From Polyangiales bacterium (lineage in GTDB: Bacteria; Myxococcota_A; Polyangia; Polyangiales; Ga0077539), in contig JAWKRB010000006.1 of NCBI GenBank assembly GCA_041389885.1, positions 3,101 to 67,100 on the forward strand: a DNA stretch of 64,000 nt, in the 5' to 3' direction. Made by a program: the position numbers and the translations under genes. Positions 52,340 to 62,926 of this stretch are shown here, one piece after another. Numbering within the stretch: the first letter of the stretch is position 1; each line of letters begins with the position of its first letter. Below the pieces are notes generated by a model, which was not told the DNA's origin, did no database searches, and was given only the letters and a program-made list of their open reading frames with translations.

Positions 52340-54232
52340 ATGACGCAGGAGAGCCATCGGTTCCAGGCCGAGGTCAGCCAGGTGCTGCACCTCGTGATCA
52401 ACTCCCTCTACAGCAACCGCGAGGTGTTCCTTCGGGAGCTCGTGTCGAACGCGTCCGACGCGTTGGACAAGCTCCGATTCCAAGCGCTCCAGGCGCCGAG
52501 CCTCCTCGGCGACGACCCCACGCTGCGGGTGCGAATCTCCTTCGACCGCGACGCGGGCACCCTCACCATCGAAGACAACGGCATCGGGATGACCCACGCC
52601 GAGGTCGTCGAGAACCTCGGCACGATCGCCCACTCGGGCTCCCGCAAGTTCCTCGAGGCGGTCAAGGCCCGGGGCGAGGGCTCCGACGTGAGCCTCATCG
52701 GGCAGTTCGGCGTGGGCTTCTACTCGGCCTACCTCGTCGCCGACCGCGTCGAGGTGCTCACCCGCGCCGCGGGGCAAGAAGAGGCCTTTCGGTGGTCGTC
52801 TGACGCGAAGGAGGGCTTCACCGTCGAGCCCGCCGAGCGCGCCGAGCGCGGCACCTCGATCACCCTGCACCTCCGCGAAGACCAGAAGGACTACCTCGAC
52901 ACCTGGCGCCTCCGGGAGCTGGTGCGCAAGTACTCCGACTTCGTGGGCTACCCCATCGAGCTCCAGAAGGAGGCCGAAGACCCCAAGGAGGGCGAGGCGC
53001 CGGCGCCCGCCGAGTTCGAGGCCGTGAACCAGGCCAGCGCGCTCTGGCGACGCTCGAAGTCCGAGATCACCCGCGAGCAGTACGTCGAGTTCTACAAGCA
53101 CCTCACGCACGGCGACGAGCCCGAGTCGTGGACGCACTTCAAGGTCGAGGGCAACCAGGAGTTCGTCGGGCTGCTCTACCTCCCCAAGACCGCCCCCTAC
53201 GACATCGACGTGCCGGGCGAGAAGCGCCGCGGGCTGCGGCTCTTCGTGAAGCGCGTGTTCATCATGGACGACTGCGACGCGCTGCTCCCGACCTGGCTGC
53301 GCTTTCTCCGCGGCGTGATCGACAGCGACGACCTGCCGCTCAACGTGTCGCGAGAGATCCTGCAAGACAGCGCGGTGGTGCGCGGGATCAAGAAGCAGGT
53401 GACCCGCAAGGCCCTCGACCTGCTCTCCGACCTCGCGAAGGACGACGCCGAGGCCTACCGCGGCGTCTGGCAGAACTTCGGCCGGGTCCTCAAGGAGGGC
53501 GCCCACATGGAGTGGGAGCACCGCGAGCGCCTCGCCGAGCTGATGCGCTTCGAGTCGTCGCACGGCGACGGGCTGACCTCCCTCGCCGACTACGCGTCGC
53601 GCATGAAGGAGGGGCAGGCCGGGATCTACTACCTCCTCGGCGAGTCGCGCCGCGCCGTCGCCGACTCGCCCCACCTCGAGGCGCTGCGCGCCAAGGGCTT
53701 CGAGGTGCTCTTCCTCACCGATTTCGTCGACCAGTTCGTGGTCGACGCGCTGCGCGAGTACAAGGGAAAGAAGCTGCTCTCGGCCATGGACGCCGAGCTC
53801 TCCCTCGGCGCGACCGAGGAGGAGAAGCAGGAGCGCCAGGGCGTCGCCGAGGCCCTCAAGCCCCTCTTCGCCCGCGCCGCGTCGGTGCTCACGGGGCGCG
53901 TGAAGGAGGTCCGCGCGTCGGACCGGCTCACAGACTCCCCCGCGTGCCTCGTGACGCCCCCCGGGGGGCTCAACCCCGCGGTCGAGCGCGTGCTCCGCGC
54001 GCACGGGCGCGAGGTGCCCGAGGTGAAGCGCATCCTCGAGGTCAACCCCACGCACCCGCTCATCCAGGCGCTGCAGGCGCGGGTCGAGAAGAGCGGCGAC
54101 GACGCGCAGCTGGGTGAGTGGATCGAGGTCCTCTACGACCAGGCGCTGCTCACCGAGGGCGCGCCCATCGAGAACCCGCAGCAGTTCGCGCGCCGGCTCA
54201 CGGCGCTGCTCCAGCAGGCCGTCTCGTCGTAG
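52340..54232 (+). CDS. htpG: Molecular chaperone HtpG (Hsp90)
   Basis: [45 protein letters not shown], and the rest of the Hsp90 signature. Confidence 0.95.
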
Positions 54233-54276
54233 CGATCGCTTGAATCGCGCGGGGCGCCGGGGCCATCGTACCCGCG

Positions 54277-56001
54277 ATGTCCACCCGTCGCCTCGCGCTC
54301 TCGCTCCTCGCCCTCGGCTGCGGCAGCAGCACCCCCCCAGCCGCCGACGCGGGCGCCGACGTCTCCGCCGACGTCGCGGTCGATGCGCCCCTGCCCGACC
54401 TCCCCGCCGCCGACGCGGGCGGCCCGCGAGACTACGCGTGGGTCGAGCCCCCGAGCACCGTGGTGGTCGAGCCGGGGGTGCGGCGAGACGCCTTCCTGGT
54501 CGACGCGCCGCCGCCGCCGCCGAACCCGACCACGAACACGCCCACGCCCGCGCAGTACAACCGCGTGCAGGTGCTGCGCTACCGCGTCGACGCCACGCCC
54601 GCGAGGGCGGCGCGGGCGGTCATCGTCGCGATGCCCGGCTTTCTGGGCGGGGCGGGGAGCTTCGACGCCCTCGCGCGCGCCGTCGTCTCGCGCAGCGCCA
54701 CGGGCGAGGGGCCCGTCGAGGTGTGGGCCATCGATCGACGCTCCAACCTCCTTGAGGACCTCAGGGGGATGCACACCGCAGAGCGCCTGGGAGACAACGA
54801 GATCGCCGCGGCGTACTACAACGACCGCGAGGCCACCGTCGGGGGGCAGGGCTTCTCCGACTTCCCCGCCGCGAACGACCCGGCGCTCGCGTTCATGAGC
54901 GAGTGGGGCCTCGCGACCACCGTCAACGACCTGCGCGCGGTGGTCGCGCGGGTGCCCGATTCGCGGCAGCACGTGATCCTCCTGGGGCACTCCCTCGGCG
55001 CGAGCATCGTCGAGGCCTACGCGGCCTGGGACTTCGACGGCGTCGCGGGCTACCGATCCATCGCGGGGATCGCCCTGGTCGACGGCGTCGCCGGCGGGGC
55101 CCCGGCCCGCGAGGACGCCTGGCGCACTGGGGCCTCCACGGGGATCCCCGGCGTGGGCAGCGTCGGCGTCGACGCGCTGCGCGCGAGCGGCCCGCGGTAC
55201 TTCGCGCTCCCCCTGCTGGGCGTGCGCGCGCTGGTGATCTCCGAGATCGTCGCGCGCAGGGCCCTCGCGCAGCCCGACGCCGTGGTCGAAGACCGCGCGC
55301 GAGACAGCGTGCTCCGGCTGCTCCTCGGGGTCTCGCCGCTGCCCGACATCAGCAACGCCGCGGCGCTCGGCCTGGCCTTCGACGACCGCTCCTGCCCCCT
55401 CGCCTTCGCGCGGATGAGCTGCGGCGCCCCCGTGGGAGGCGCCGTCGAGACGCGCGCCAACGCCTTCGCGCCCGGCGAGACCGTCACGGTGCCCAGCGAC
55501 TCGTCGGCGACCTACCGATGGACCGACGCGCCCGCCACGCAGCCACGCGAGTTCACGTCGATTCGCGCCAACGCGCGCGCCTGGTCGGCGACGCCCTCGA
55601 ACTTCTCGGAGTGGTTCTTTCCGAGCCGCCTGCCCACCGACGTCGCGGCGCTGGGTGACATGCGCCTCGCGCCTGACTCGTGGCAGGTGCAGAACGGCAT
55701 TCGCGCGATGCACGGGGGCGAGATCGACGTGCCCGTGCTGGGCATCGCGACCGCCCTGGTGGGCCGCGCAGACGCCTTCGACCGCGTGCGCGACCGGGTC
55801 GCCCCGACCCTGGGCATGGACCTCCCCAACGCGGGCGCCGCCCGCGCGCAGCCCGAGGCGTTTCGCGCGAGCTTCGTGCCCGGGATGACGCACCTCGACC
55901 CGATCACCGGAGACGGAGACAACCCCGCGAACCCGGTGCCGGGTGACGTGCTGGCCTTCGCGACGCGGGCGACCCGGGGTTCGACCACGCCGACGCCGTA
56001 G
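54277..56001 (+). CDS. Secreted alpha/beta-hydrolase lipoprotein (esterase/lipase-like)
   Basis: Lipobox LLALGCG; nucleophile elbow GHSLGAS. Confidence 0.7.
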   Translation: MSTRRLALSLLALGCGSSTPPAADAGADVSADVAVDAPLPDLPAADAGGPRDYAWVEPPSTVVVEPGVRRDAFLVDAPPPPPNPTTNTPTPAQYNRVQVLRYRVDATPARAARAVIVAMPGFLGGAGSFDALARAVVSRSATGEGPVEVWAIDRRSNLLEDLRGMHTAERLGDNEIAAAYYNDREATVGGQGFSDFPAANDPALAFMSEWGLATTVNDLRAVVARVPDSRQHVILLGHSLGASIVEAYAAWDFDGVAGYRSIAGIALVDGVAGGAPAREDAWRTGASTGIPGVGSVGVDALRASGPRYFALPLLGVRALVISEIVARRALAQPDAVVEDRARDSVLRLLLGVSPLPDISNAAALGLAFDDRSCPLAFARMSCGAPVGGAVETRANAFAPGETVTVPSDSSATYRWTDAPATQPREFTSIRANARAWSATPSNFSEWFFPSRLPTDVAALGDMRLAPDSWQVQNGIRAMHGGEIDVPVLGIATALVGRADAFDRVRDRVAPTLGMDLPNAGAARAQPEAFRASFVPGMTHLDPITGDGDNPANPVPGDVLAFATRATRGSTTPTP

Positions 56002-56003
56002 GG

Positions 56004-57515
56004 CTACCTCCCTGGGCAGAGCGCGACGTCGTCGACGAGCACGTGGCCCCACGATCCTCCGCTCGCGTCGCGGACCTTCAGCCGCGCCGAGCGCCCGCGC
56101 CAGGCGCGCACGTCGAGCACGACCTCGCGGAGCGCCTCGGAGTTCTCGCCGGTCGCCTCGGCGACGCGGGCGCCGTCGACGAGCAGCTCCACGCCGGTGT
56201 CGGGGCCGCGCCCGCCGCCCACGCGGAGCCGCAGCGTGTCGGCGCTGAGGGTGAACGCGGGGGAGGTCGCCGAGCCCGTCACCGCGTCGGAGAACTGCGG
56301 GTGGTAGGTGTTCACGAACCACTCGCCGCGGTAGCCCGTGATCGCGAGCTGCGAGCGGGTAGGTCCGGCGACCACGGGGGCGGCGAGCGCGAGGCCCTCG
56401 ACCGCCCACCCGGCGAGGTCACGGCCCTCGAAGTCGAAGACGGTCGTGCAGGTCGCGGGGCGGTCGACGCGGGGGCCGCCGAGCAGCGGCACGATCGCCG
56501 TGTGCGCCAGCCAGTTGGTGAAGCGCACGCTGCCGGGCGTGCCGACGTGGTCGACGTCGGTGAAGTCTTCGTCGCTGGTCGAGGGCGGGCGGTGCGCGTC
56601 GACGAAGGTCGCGCCGAAGCGCTCCGCCTGCGCGCGCACCCAGCGGATGTGCTCGGGGTAGATGCTGTCTGGGCCCATCACCTCGTCCATCTGGCTCGCC
56701 GACAGCGAGTCGAGGACCACCGTGGTCACCCTGGCCTCTCGCAGCAGCCGCAGGCACTCGATGAAGTACCCCTGGGTGTCGTTCCCGAAGCCCGCGGTGC
56801 GCCGCAGGAGCTCTGGGCGGTAGCCCGTGACCCGCCCCGCCGCGCGGGTGCGCTGCATCGCGAGGGGCACGCTGGGGTGGTCCTCGAAGCCCTGCTCGCC
56901 GCGCGACGCGGGGGCCTGCACGCCGTTGAACTTCGTGAACAGCTCGACGAGGCGCGGGCGCACGCGAAACGGCGGCAGCCACGCGCCGGTGAACGCGGTG
57001 AGGGTGTCCTCCGCGGTCGCGCCGGCGCGGAGCAGCGAGGGCACGTCTGACACCCGGTAGATGGTCGGCAGCGACTCCTTCTGCGGCGCGCGCATGACCC
57101 GCGACGAGAACATGTAGGGCGAGATCGAGAGCAGCACCATGCGCGGCGGGTGGCGGTGCGCGAGGGCGCGGAGCACCCACGCGAGGTGGGTGACGGGACC
57201 CGCGCCGGGGAGCGCGCCGTTCCAGACCCTCACGCGAACCCCGGCCTCGTCGAGCGCCACCCGCTCGACGACCGAGGGGTTGAACGCGCAGCCCATGCGC
57301 GAGTCGCCGAGGCCGAGGATGTCGGCCCCGCGCGGGTCTTCGGAGTAGATCCGCGGGCGGGTGATGTACCAGCTCTCGTCTTGCAGCGCGCGGGTGGGCA
57401 GCCCGTACGACTGCGTCCAGGCCAGGAGCCCCAGGGCGGCCGCGCAGGTGAGCAGCGACGCCGCCGCGCCCCGCCGCGCGTCGCGATCAGAACTGGAAAT
57501 AGATGAACGATCCAC
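56004..57515 (-). CDS. Membrane-anchored SGNH/DltD-AlgJ-like O-acyltransferase partner protein with C-terminal lectin-like domain
   Basis: N-terminal TM segment; GDSRMG block; overlaps the upstream MBOAT gene by 29 bp. Confidence 0.6.
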   Translation of the reverse strand: MDRSSISSSDRDARRGAAASLLTCAAALGLLAWTQSYGLPTRALQDESWYITRPRIYSEDPRGADILGLGDSRMGCAFNPSVVERVALDEAGVRVRVWNGALPGAGPVTHLAWVLRALAHRHPPRMVLLSISPYMFSSRVMRAPQKESLPTIYRVSDVPSLLRAGATAEDTLTAFTGAWLPPFRVRPRLVELFTKFNGVQAPASRGEQGFEDHPSVPLAMQRTRAAGRVTGYRPELLRRTAGFGNDTQGYFIECLRLLREARVTTVVLDSLSASQMDEVMGPDSIYPEHIRWVRAQAERFGATFVDAHRPPSTSDEDFTDVDHVGTPGSVRFTNWLAHTAIVPLLGGPRVDRPATCTTVFDFEGRDLAGWAVEGLALAAPVVAGPTRSQLAITGYRGEWFVNTYHPQFSDAVTGSATSPAFTLSADTLRLRVGGGRGPDTGVELLVDGARVAEATGENSEALREVVLDVRAWRGRSARLKVRDASGGSWGHVLVDDVALCPGR

Positions 57516-58896
57516 GGCTCTCCGCGAACAAGAAGCACACGAGCATGATGGCCGCCCAGTAGAGGCCCCGGGCGATCGGGGGCATCGCGCGGTGGAGCGC
57601 CTCGCCGACGCGGTGCGCGGCGAGCAGGTGCGCGACGGCGAGCACCGCGAGGCAGGTCACCGCCGCGGTGAAGGGCGGCGCGCTCAGCGGCGTGAACGCC
57701 GCGGGCCACGCCGCGCACGCGCGCAGCACCCTCGCCGCGCTCGTGAAGTTCGGCGCGCGAAACGGGACCCACGCGAGGGTCACGACGGCGAAGGTGCCCA
57801 CCCCCGCGAGCGCGCGCCACACCAGCCGCTCGCGCAGGCGCATGAGCGCGGGGCGGTCGCGCGCGACGGTCATCCAGAGCTTGTGCAGCGCCAGCAGCCC
57901 GCCGTGCAGCGCGCCCCAGACGACGAAGGTCCAATTGGCGCCGTGCCAGAGGCCGCCGAGCAGCATCGTGAGAAAGAGGTTGCGGTACTGCGAGAGCGTG
58001 CCGTGGCGGTTTCCGCCGAGGGAGATGTAGAGGTAGTCCTTGAGCCAGCGCGACAGGGTCATGTGCCATCGCCGCCAGAACTCGGTGATCGAGGTCGAGA
58101 GGTACGGCCAGTCGAAGTTGTCGGGCAGCGGCAGACCCAGGGTCATCGACGCGCCGCGCGCGATGTCGGTGTAGCCCGAGAAATCACAGAAGATCTGCCC
58201 CGAGTACGCGAGCACGCCGATCCACACCGCGTGCGTGGGGTGCTGCCCCGGGTTCAAGAACACCGCGTCCGCCGCGGGCGCGAGGTTGTCGGCGAGCACG
58301 GTCTTCTTGAAGAAGCCCAGGAGCATGATGTTCATGCCCTCGGAGAACTGCCTCCCGTCGAAGCGCGGCAGCGCGTGGAGCGAGGGGAGCAGCTCCGACG
58401 CGCGCACGATGGGCCCGGCGATGAGGTGCGGGTAGTACGCGACGTAGAGCGCGAAGCGCCACGGCGAGCGCTCGGCCTTGTCGCCTCGGTACACGTCGAC
58501 GAGGTACGAGATCAGCTCGAAGGTGAAGAACGAGATCGCCAGCGGGAGCTCGACGCGAAACCTCGGCGCCTTCAGCGAGAGGCCCAGCAGGTGCGCCCCC
58601 GACTGCGCCAGCGAGGCGAGAAAGCTGGCGTATTTGTAGTACCCGAGGAGCAGCAGCAGCGCCGTCACCCCCGCGGCCAGCAGCGCGCGCCGCGGCCTCG
58701 CCTCGAGGGCGAGCCCGAGGGCCCAGGCGCCCGCCGTCGCCCCCGCGATGAGCAGCACGTACCAGGGGCCCGCGCTCCAGTAGAAGACGTAGCTGCTCAC
58801 CAGCAGGAGCGGGCCCACGAGCGCGCGCGGGAGCGTCCACCGCAGCGCCACCACCGCGAGGTGGAAATACATGAACACGAGGCTGGTGAAGAGCAT
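57487..58896 (-). CDS. MBOAT-family membrane O-acyltransferase (AlgI/DltB/PatA-like)
   Basis: Conserved MBOAT blocks (...FWRRWHMTLSRWLKDYLYISLGGNR..., invariant His in WHGANW). Confidence 0.9.
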   Translation of the reverse strand: MLFTSLVFMYFHLAVVALRWTLPRALVGPLLLVSSYVFYWSAGPWYVLLIAGATAGAWALGLALEARPRRALLAAGVTALLLLLGYYKYASFLASLAQSGAHLLGLSLKAPRFRVELPLAISFFTFELISYLVDVYRGDKAERSPWRFALYVAYYPHLIAGPIVRASELLPSLHALPRFDGRQFSEGMNIMLLGFFKKTVLADNLAPAADAVFLNPGQHPTHAVWIGVLAYSGQIFCDFSGYTDIARGASMTLGLPLPDNFDWPYLSTSITEFWRRWHMTLSRWLKDYLYISLGGNRHGTLSQYRNLFLTMLLGGLWHGANWTFVVWGALHGGLLALHKLWMTVARDRPALMRLRERLVWRALAGVGTFAVVTLAWVPFRAPNFTSAARVLRACAAWPAAFTPLSAPPFTAAVTCLAVLAVAHLLAAHRVGEALHRAMPPIARGLYWAAIMLVCFLFAESRGSFIYFQF

Positions 58897-58921
58897 GCGC
58901 GGTACGCGGTGGGGGTGACGC

Positions 58922-59374
58922 TCAGACGAACGCGTCGGGGACCGGCGGCGCGCCGTAGCGCATCATCAGCGAGCCGCTCCCGGGGCGCGTCGGGCGGGTG
59001 GGGTTGCCCGCGTCCTGCGGCGACGCGGCGCCCGCGTCGGCCACGGCGCCCGCGTCGGGCGCGGGGGGAGCCGGCGCGCCGTAGATGGCCGCGACGGTGC
59101 CGGGGCCCTGAGGCGCCGCGACGGGCTCCGCGGGCGTCGGTGCGGGCTGTTGCGGCGGCGGCGGCGTCTGCGCGGGGGTCTGCGAGGTCGAGCACGCCGC
59201 GACGGTCGTCGCGAAGGCGAAGAGCGCCGCGCGGGTCAGCCGCGCGCCCCCCGCGTCGGGGATCACCGGCAGCGCAGCGCCCGCGAGGTCGCTCGCGCAG
59301 AACGGGCAGCTCGGCGCGTCGACGCGCACGTGACGCTGACACGCGGGGCAGGGGCTCAGGGAGGCAGTGGACAT
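58922..59374 (-). CDS. Small protein with N-terminal Cys4 zinc-ribbon-like motif and Pro-rich tail
   Basis: MSTASLSPCPACQRHVRVDAPSCPFCASDL; a TM-like segment follows. Confidence 0.5.
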   Translation of the reverse strand: MSTASLSPCPACQRHVRVDAPSCPFCASDLAGAALPVIPDAGGARLTRAALFAFATTVAACSTSQTPAQTPPPPQQPAPTPAEPVAAPQGPGTVAAIYGAPAPPAPDAGAVADAGAASPQDAGNPTRPTRPGSGSLMMRYGAPPVPDAFV

Positions 59375-59423
59375 CGCGATCTCCTTCTTCAACCGACGAC
59401 TCAACGCGAGAGGCTCCGCGGCG

Positions 59424-61541
59424 TCAAGCGCTCGTGACGGCCGGAGCGAGCACCGCGCGCAGGGTCTCTCCGAGCGCCTCGGGGCTGCGCGCGGGCATTT
59501 CGCACGCGTCGCCGCGGCACACGTAGGCCACGGCGGCGCCCTGCGCGCCCGCGGTGCGGTACGCCAGCAGCGCCGGGTCGACGCCCGCCGCGACGCCCGC
59601 CGCCTCGTCCCTCGCCCACACGAGGAGCCGGTGCGGCATCGGGAGCGCGCGGGCGACGCGCATCATCGCCGCGGGGTCGTCGCCGACCACGATCACCTCG
59701 ACGCACCCGCGGGCGGCCCGGTCGGCCGCGAGGAGCGTCGAAGACCTCGCCATGGGCTGCCGCCGCGCCGCGCCGCCGTAACGACGAACCCCTTGCTGCG
59801 CAGCGCGTTGCACGCGCTCGTCCCCGGTGATCACCCCGAGCCGGAGCAGCGCGTCGAGGCACAGCCCCACGCCGCTGGGGAGGGCGCCGTCGAGGGTGGG
59901 CTCGACGCGGTGGAGCACCACCTCGGCGTCGACGGCGGTGAGGTAGAGCGCGCCAGACTCCGCCTCGAAGAAGCGCGCGAGGATGGCGTCGCAGAGGTCG
60001 CGCGCGAAGCGCAGGAAGCGCGGCTCGAAGGTCGCCTCGAACACGTCGAGGGCGGCGCCCGCGAGGCCCGCGTAGTCGTCGAGAAAGCCCTCTCCGTAGG
60101 CCGCTCCGCCGCGCACCGCGTGGGCGAGGCGGCCGTCGCGCCACGCGAGGCGCATCCACGCGTCGAGGGCCGTCGTCGCGAGGTCGACGAGGCGGGGGCG
60201 ACCCAGGGTGGCGCCCGCGTCGGCGAGCGCGCCGAGGGTGAGGGCGTTCCACGACGCGAGGCACTTGTCGTCGGTGGCGGGGGCGGCGCGCGCGCTGCGG
60301 TGCTCGAAGAGCCGGGGCGCGCCTCGGGCGACGGCCTCGCGGAGCGCCTCGGGCGAGAGGCCCAGCTCGGCGGCGACCTCGACCTCTCCCCGCGGCGTTC
60401 GGAGCACGCTGCGCGTGGCGTCGAAGCTCCCCTCGGGCTTCACGTCGAACCACGCGCAGAGGGCGCGCGCGTCGTCGGCGCCCGCGGCCTCGGCGATCTG
60501 CGCGGGGGTCCACACGAAGAAGCGCCCCTCCTCGCCCTCGCTGTCGGCGTCTTGCGCGCTGAAGAACAGCCCCTCGGGCGAGCGCATCTCCCGCTCGAGC
60601 CACGCCGCCAGGGCGTCGACCTCGGCCTCGCAGCGCGCGGGGGAGAAGCGCGCGGAGCCGCCCTGCGCCGCGCGCCAGGCCCTCACGAAGAGCCGCAGGA
60701 GCAGGGCGTTGTCGTACAGCATCTTCTCGAAGTGGGGCACGCGCCACGCGGCGTCGGTGCTGTAGCGGGCGAAGCCGCCGCCCAGGTGGTCGCGAATTCC
60801 CCCGCGAGACATCGCGTCGAGCGCGTGGTCCGCGGCGGCGCCCGCGCGCGCGCCGGCGGGGAGGCCGAGGGCCGAGGCGGCGAGGAGCAGCTCGTGGGCG
60901 AGGGTGTTGGGGAACTTCGGACGTCCGCCGAAGCCGCCGTGCTCGGGGTCGACGCGCGCGAGGAGCGCCTCGGCGGCCCCGTCGAGCCACGCGGTCGACG
61001 GGGCCTCGGGGTCGGCGTCGACGCGTGCGGCGTCGGCGAGGGCGCGGGAGAGCTCGACGCCCTGGGCGCGCACGTCGTCGCGGCGGTCGCGCCACACCTC
61101 GGTGACGCGGGCGAGCACCTCCTTGAACGACGGCAGCCCGTGGCGCGGTCGGTCGGGAAAATACGTGCCGCCCAGGAAGGGCTCGCGCGTCGGGGTGAGG
61201 AACATCGACAGCGGCCATCCCCCCGCCCGCTGCATCAAGATCTGGTACGCGAGCTGGTAGGCGTGGTCGACGTCGGGGCGCTCCTCTCGGTCGACCTTCA
61301 CCGCGATGAACCCCGCGGAGAGCGCCTCGGCCACCTCGGGGTCGTCGAAGCTCTCGCGCTCCATCACGTGGCACCAGTGGCACGCGCTGTACCCCACCGA
61401 CAGGAACACCGGCTTGTCTTCGGCGGCGGCGCGCGCGAAGGCCTCGTCGCACCAGGGCCACCAGTCGACGGGGTTGCGCGCGTGCTGCAGGAGGTAGGGC
61501 GAGCGCTCGGCGCCGAGACGGTTCGTCCCTCGTGCGCTCAT
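59424..61541 (-). CDS. yyaL: Thioredoxin-domain (DUF255) / YyaL-family protein with N-acylglucosamine-2-epimerase-like barrel
   Basis: [25 protein letters not shown]...[13 protein letters not shown] signature. Upstream part of ORF 59424..61838 is junk. Confidence 0.85.
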   Translation of the reverse strand: MSARGTNRLGAERSPYLLQHARNPVDWWPWCDEAFARAAAEDKPVFLSVGYSACHWCHVMERESFDDPEVAEALSAGFIAVKVDREERPDVDHAYQLAYQILMQRAGGWPLSMFLTPTREPFLGGTYFPDRPRHGLPSFKEVLARVTEVWRDRRDDVRAQGVELSRALADAARVDADPEAPSTAWLDGAAEALLARVDPEHGGFGGRPKFPNTLAHELLLAASALGLPAGARAGAAADHALDAMSRGGIRDHLGGGFARYSTDAAWRVPHFEKMLYDNALLLRLFVRAWRAAQGGSARFSPARCEAEVDALAAWLEREMRSPEGLFFSAQDADSEGEEGRFFVWTPAQIAEAAGADDARALCAWFDVKPEGSFDATRSVLRTPRGEVEVAAELGLSPEALREAVARGAPRLFEHRSARAAPATDDKCLASWNALTLGALADAGATLGRPRLVDLATTALDAWMRLAWRDGRLAHAVRGGAAYGEGFLDDYAGLAGAALDVFEATFEPRFLRFARDLCDAILARFFEAESGALYLTAVDAEVVLHRVEPTLDGALPSGVGLCLDALLRLGVITGDERVQRAAQQGVRRYGGAARRQPMARSSTLLAADRAARGCVEVIVVGDDPAAMMRVARALPMPHRLLVWARDEAAGVAAGVDPALLAYRTAGAQGAAVAYVCRGDACEMPARSPEALGETLRAVLAPAVTSA

Positions 61542-61773
61542 GCGCCGGTCGGGGTCTCGGCGTCGCGGTGAACCGCCTGGAGCTCGAAGCCCGCTCCCTC
61601 GACGACCTCGCGGAGGCTCGCCTCGGTGACGCTCGCGTCGCCGCGCACGGTGGCGGCGCCCAGGGTGACCTCGTCGACCTCCGCGCCGCGGAGGCTCCCG
61701 AGGGCGTTGCGCACCGCGTTGACGCAGCCGCCGCAGGTCATCCCGTCGATCTTGAGGGTGTATCGGTTCATGG
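61538..61773 (-). CDS. copZ: Heavy-metal-associated (HMA) copper chaperone CopZ-like
   Basis: [20 protein letters not shown]; ATGA overlap with the yyaL start. Confidence 0.8.
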
Positions 61774-61853
61774 GCGGATTCATACCACCGCGCGCACTTG
61801 ACGCGCGCCGTCGGGGGGCGAGAGTCTCCGCGACGCAAGAGGGAAGCACCGAC

Positions 61854-62042
61854 ATGGCCGACACGAGCAAGCCCGACATCAAGCCTGTGGATTATTGGGT
61901 TCTGAAGAACCTGGAGAAGTTCGATCGCCTCCGGCAGGGGAAGTTCTCGACGCCGAAGCCGGGCACGATCCTGGATCCAGAGAAGACGGCGCGGGATCTC
62001 GGGTACGAAGACCCCGCGTACCGTGAGCGCATGGGGCGCTGA
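61854..62042 (+). CDS. Small hypothetical protein (62 aa) with atypical (lower GC3) codon usage
   Basis: [37 protein letters not shown]...; ATG at 61854. Confidence 0.45.
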   Translation: MADTSKPDIKPVDYWVLKNLEKFDRLRQGKFSTPKPGTILDPEKTARDLGYEDPAYRERMGR

Positions 62043-62055
62043 CGCCCCGGGCGAT

Positions 62056-62296
62056 TCAGGTGGGATTGTCCTTGTGCCAGTTGTACCCGTGCTGCTGAGC
62101 GATCAGCGCGCGGGTGCCGTCACCGACCATCCCGTCGACGGTGTAGCCGAAGGACTTCTGCAGGTGGCGCACGGCGCCCTCGGTGCCGTCACCGAACACG
62201 CCGTCGGTGTCGAGCCCGTAGCCGAATCGATTGAGATCGACCTGGAGGGCCTTCACGTCTTCCCCACGAGAACCCTTCTTCAGAACGCTGCTCATA
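62056..62296 (-). CDS. Small peptidoglycan-binding-domain (PG_binding_1-like) protein without signal peptide
   Basis: [48 protein letters not shown]. Confidence 0.55.
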
Positions 62297-62404
62297 GTCG
62301 AATCATCCTCTCCCCGCGCGATGGATTTCGCACTCCGGGGGCGCGGATCATCCTCACCATCGGCGCTCCAGGTCAATCCCGTAGGCGAGCGGGACCGCCT
62401 CGGC

Positions 62405-62926
62405 TCACCTCCTCGCGCTGATCTCTGACGGTTCTGTCGGCTCGTGCTCCGCGGCGTCGGCCGCCTCGGGCGCGGGCTCGACCCGGAGTCCGTCCGCGCG
62501 CGTCGCCTCGGCGATGCGCTGTCGCCACTCGTCGACGAGCGCCGGGGGCGGACCTCGGAGCGCGCTGAGCGCGTCGAGCGCGAGGGCGATCCCCCAGGCG
62601 ATGAGGGGAAAGTGGAACCAGGGGTCGTCGGGCGGCGTGGCGCGGTCGATCACGAAGAGCAGCGCGTTCACCACCACGAAGGCGATGGCGTGGTTGGTCA
62701 CGGCCCGCCGACGGTGCGCGCGCCAGCGGAGGGTGAGGCCCTCGAGGTCGTCTCCGCGGTCGGCCTCGCGAATCGCGGCGTCGATGTCGGCCTCGGCGAG
62801 ACCGACGCCCCGCGCCGCCTCGAGCAGCTCGGCGCGCGTGAGCCCGCCCGCGCCGCGCTGACGCTCCAGGGCGCGGCGGAGGATCGCCTCGACCTCCTCC
62901 TCGGAGAATCGACGCTCGGCGGTCAC
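62405..62926 (-). CDS. Small membrane protein (two TM helices) of unknown function
   Basis: GTG start overlapping (GTGA) the stop of the upstream hydrolase; hydrophobic AIAFVVVNALLFVI and LIAWGIALALDAL. Confidence 0.55.
   Translation of the reverse strand: MTAERRFSEEEVEAILRRALERQRGAGGLTRAELLEAARGVGLAEADIDAAIREADRGDDLEGLTLRWRAHRRRAVTNHAIAFVVVNALLFVIDRATPPDDPWFHFPLIAWGIALALDALSALRGPPPALVDEWRQRIAEATRADGLRVEPAPEAADAAEHEPTEPSEISARR

Noticed and set aside
52172-56409. Minus-strand ORFs 52172..54055 and 54133..56409
   Set aside because: Antisense shadows of htpG and of the alpha/beta-hydrolase lipoprotein gene.
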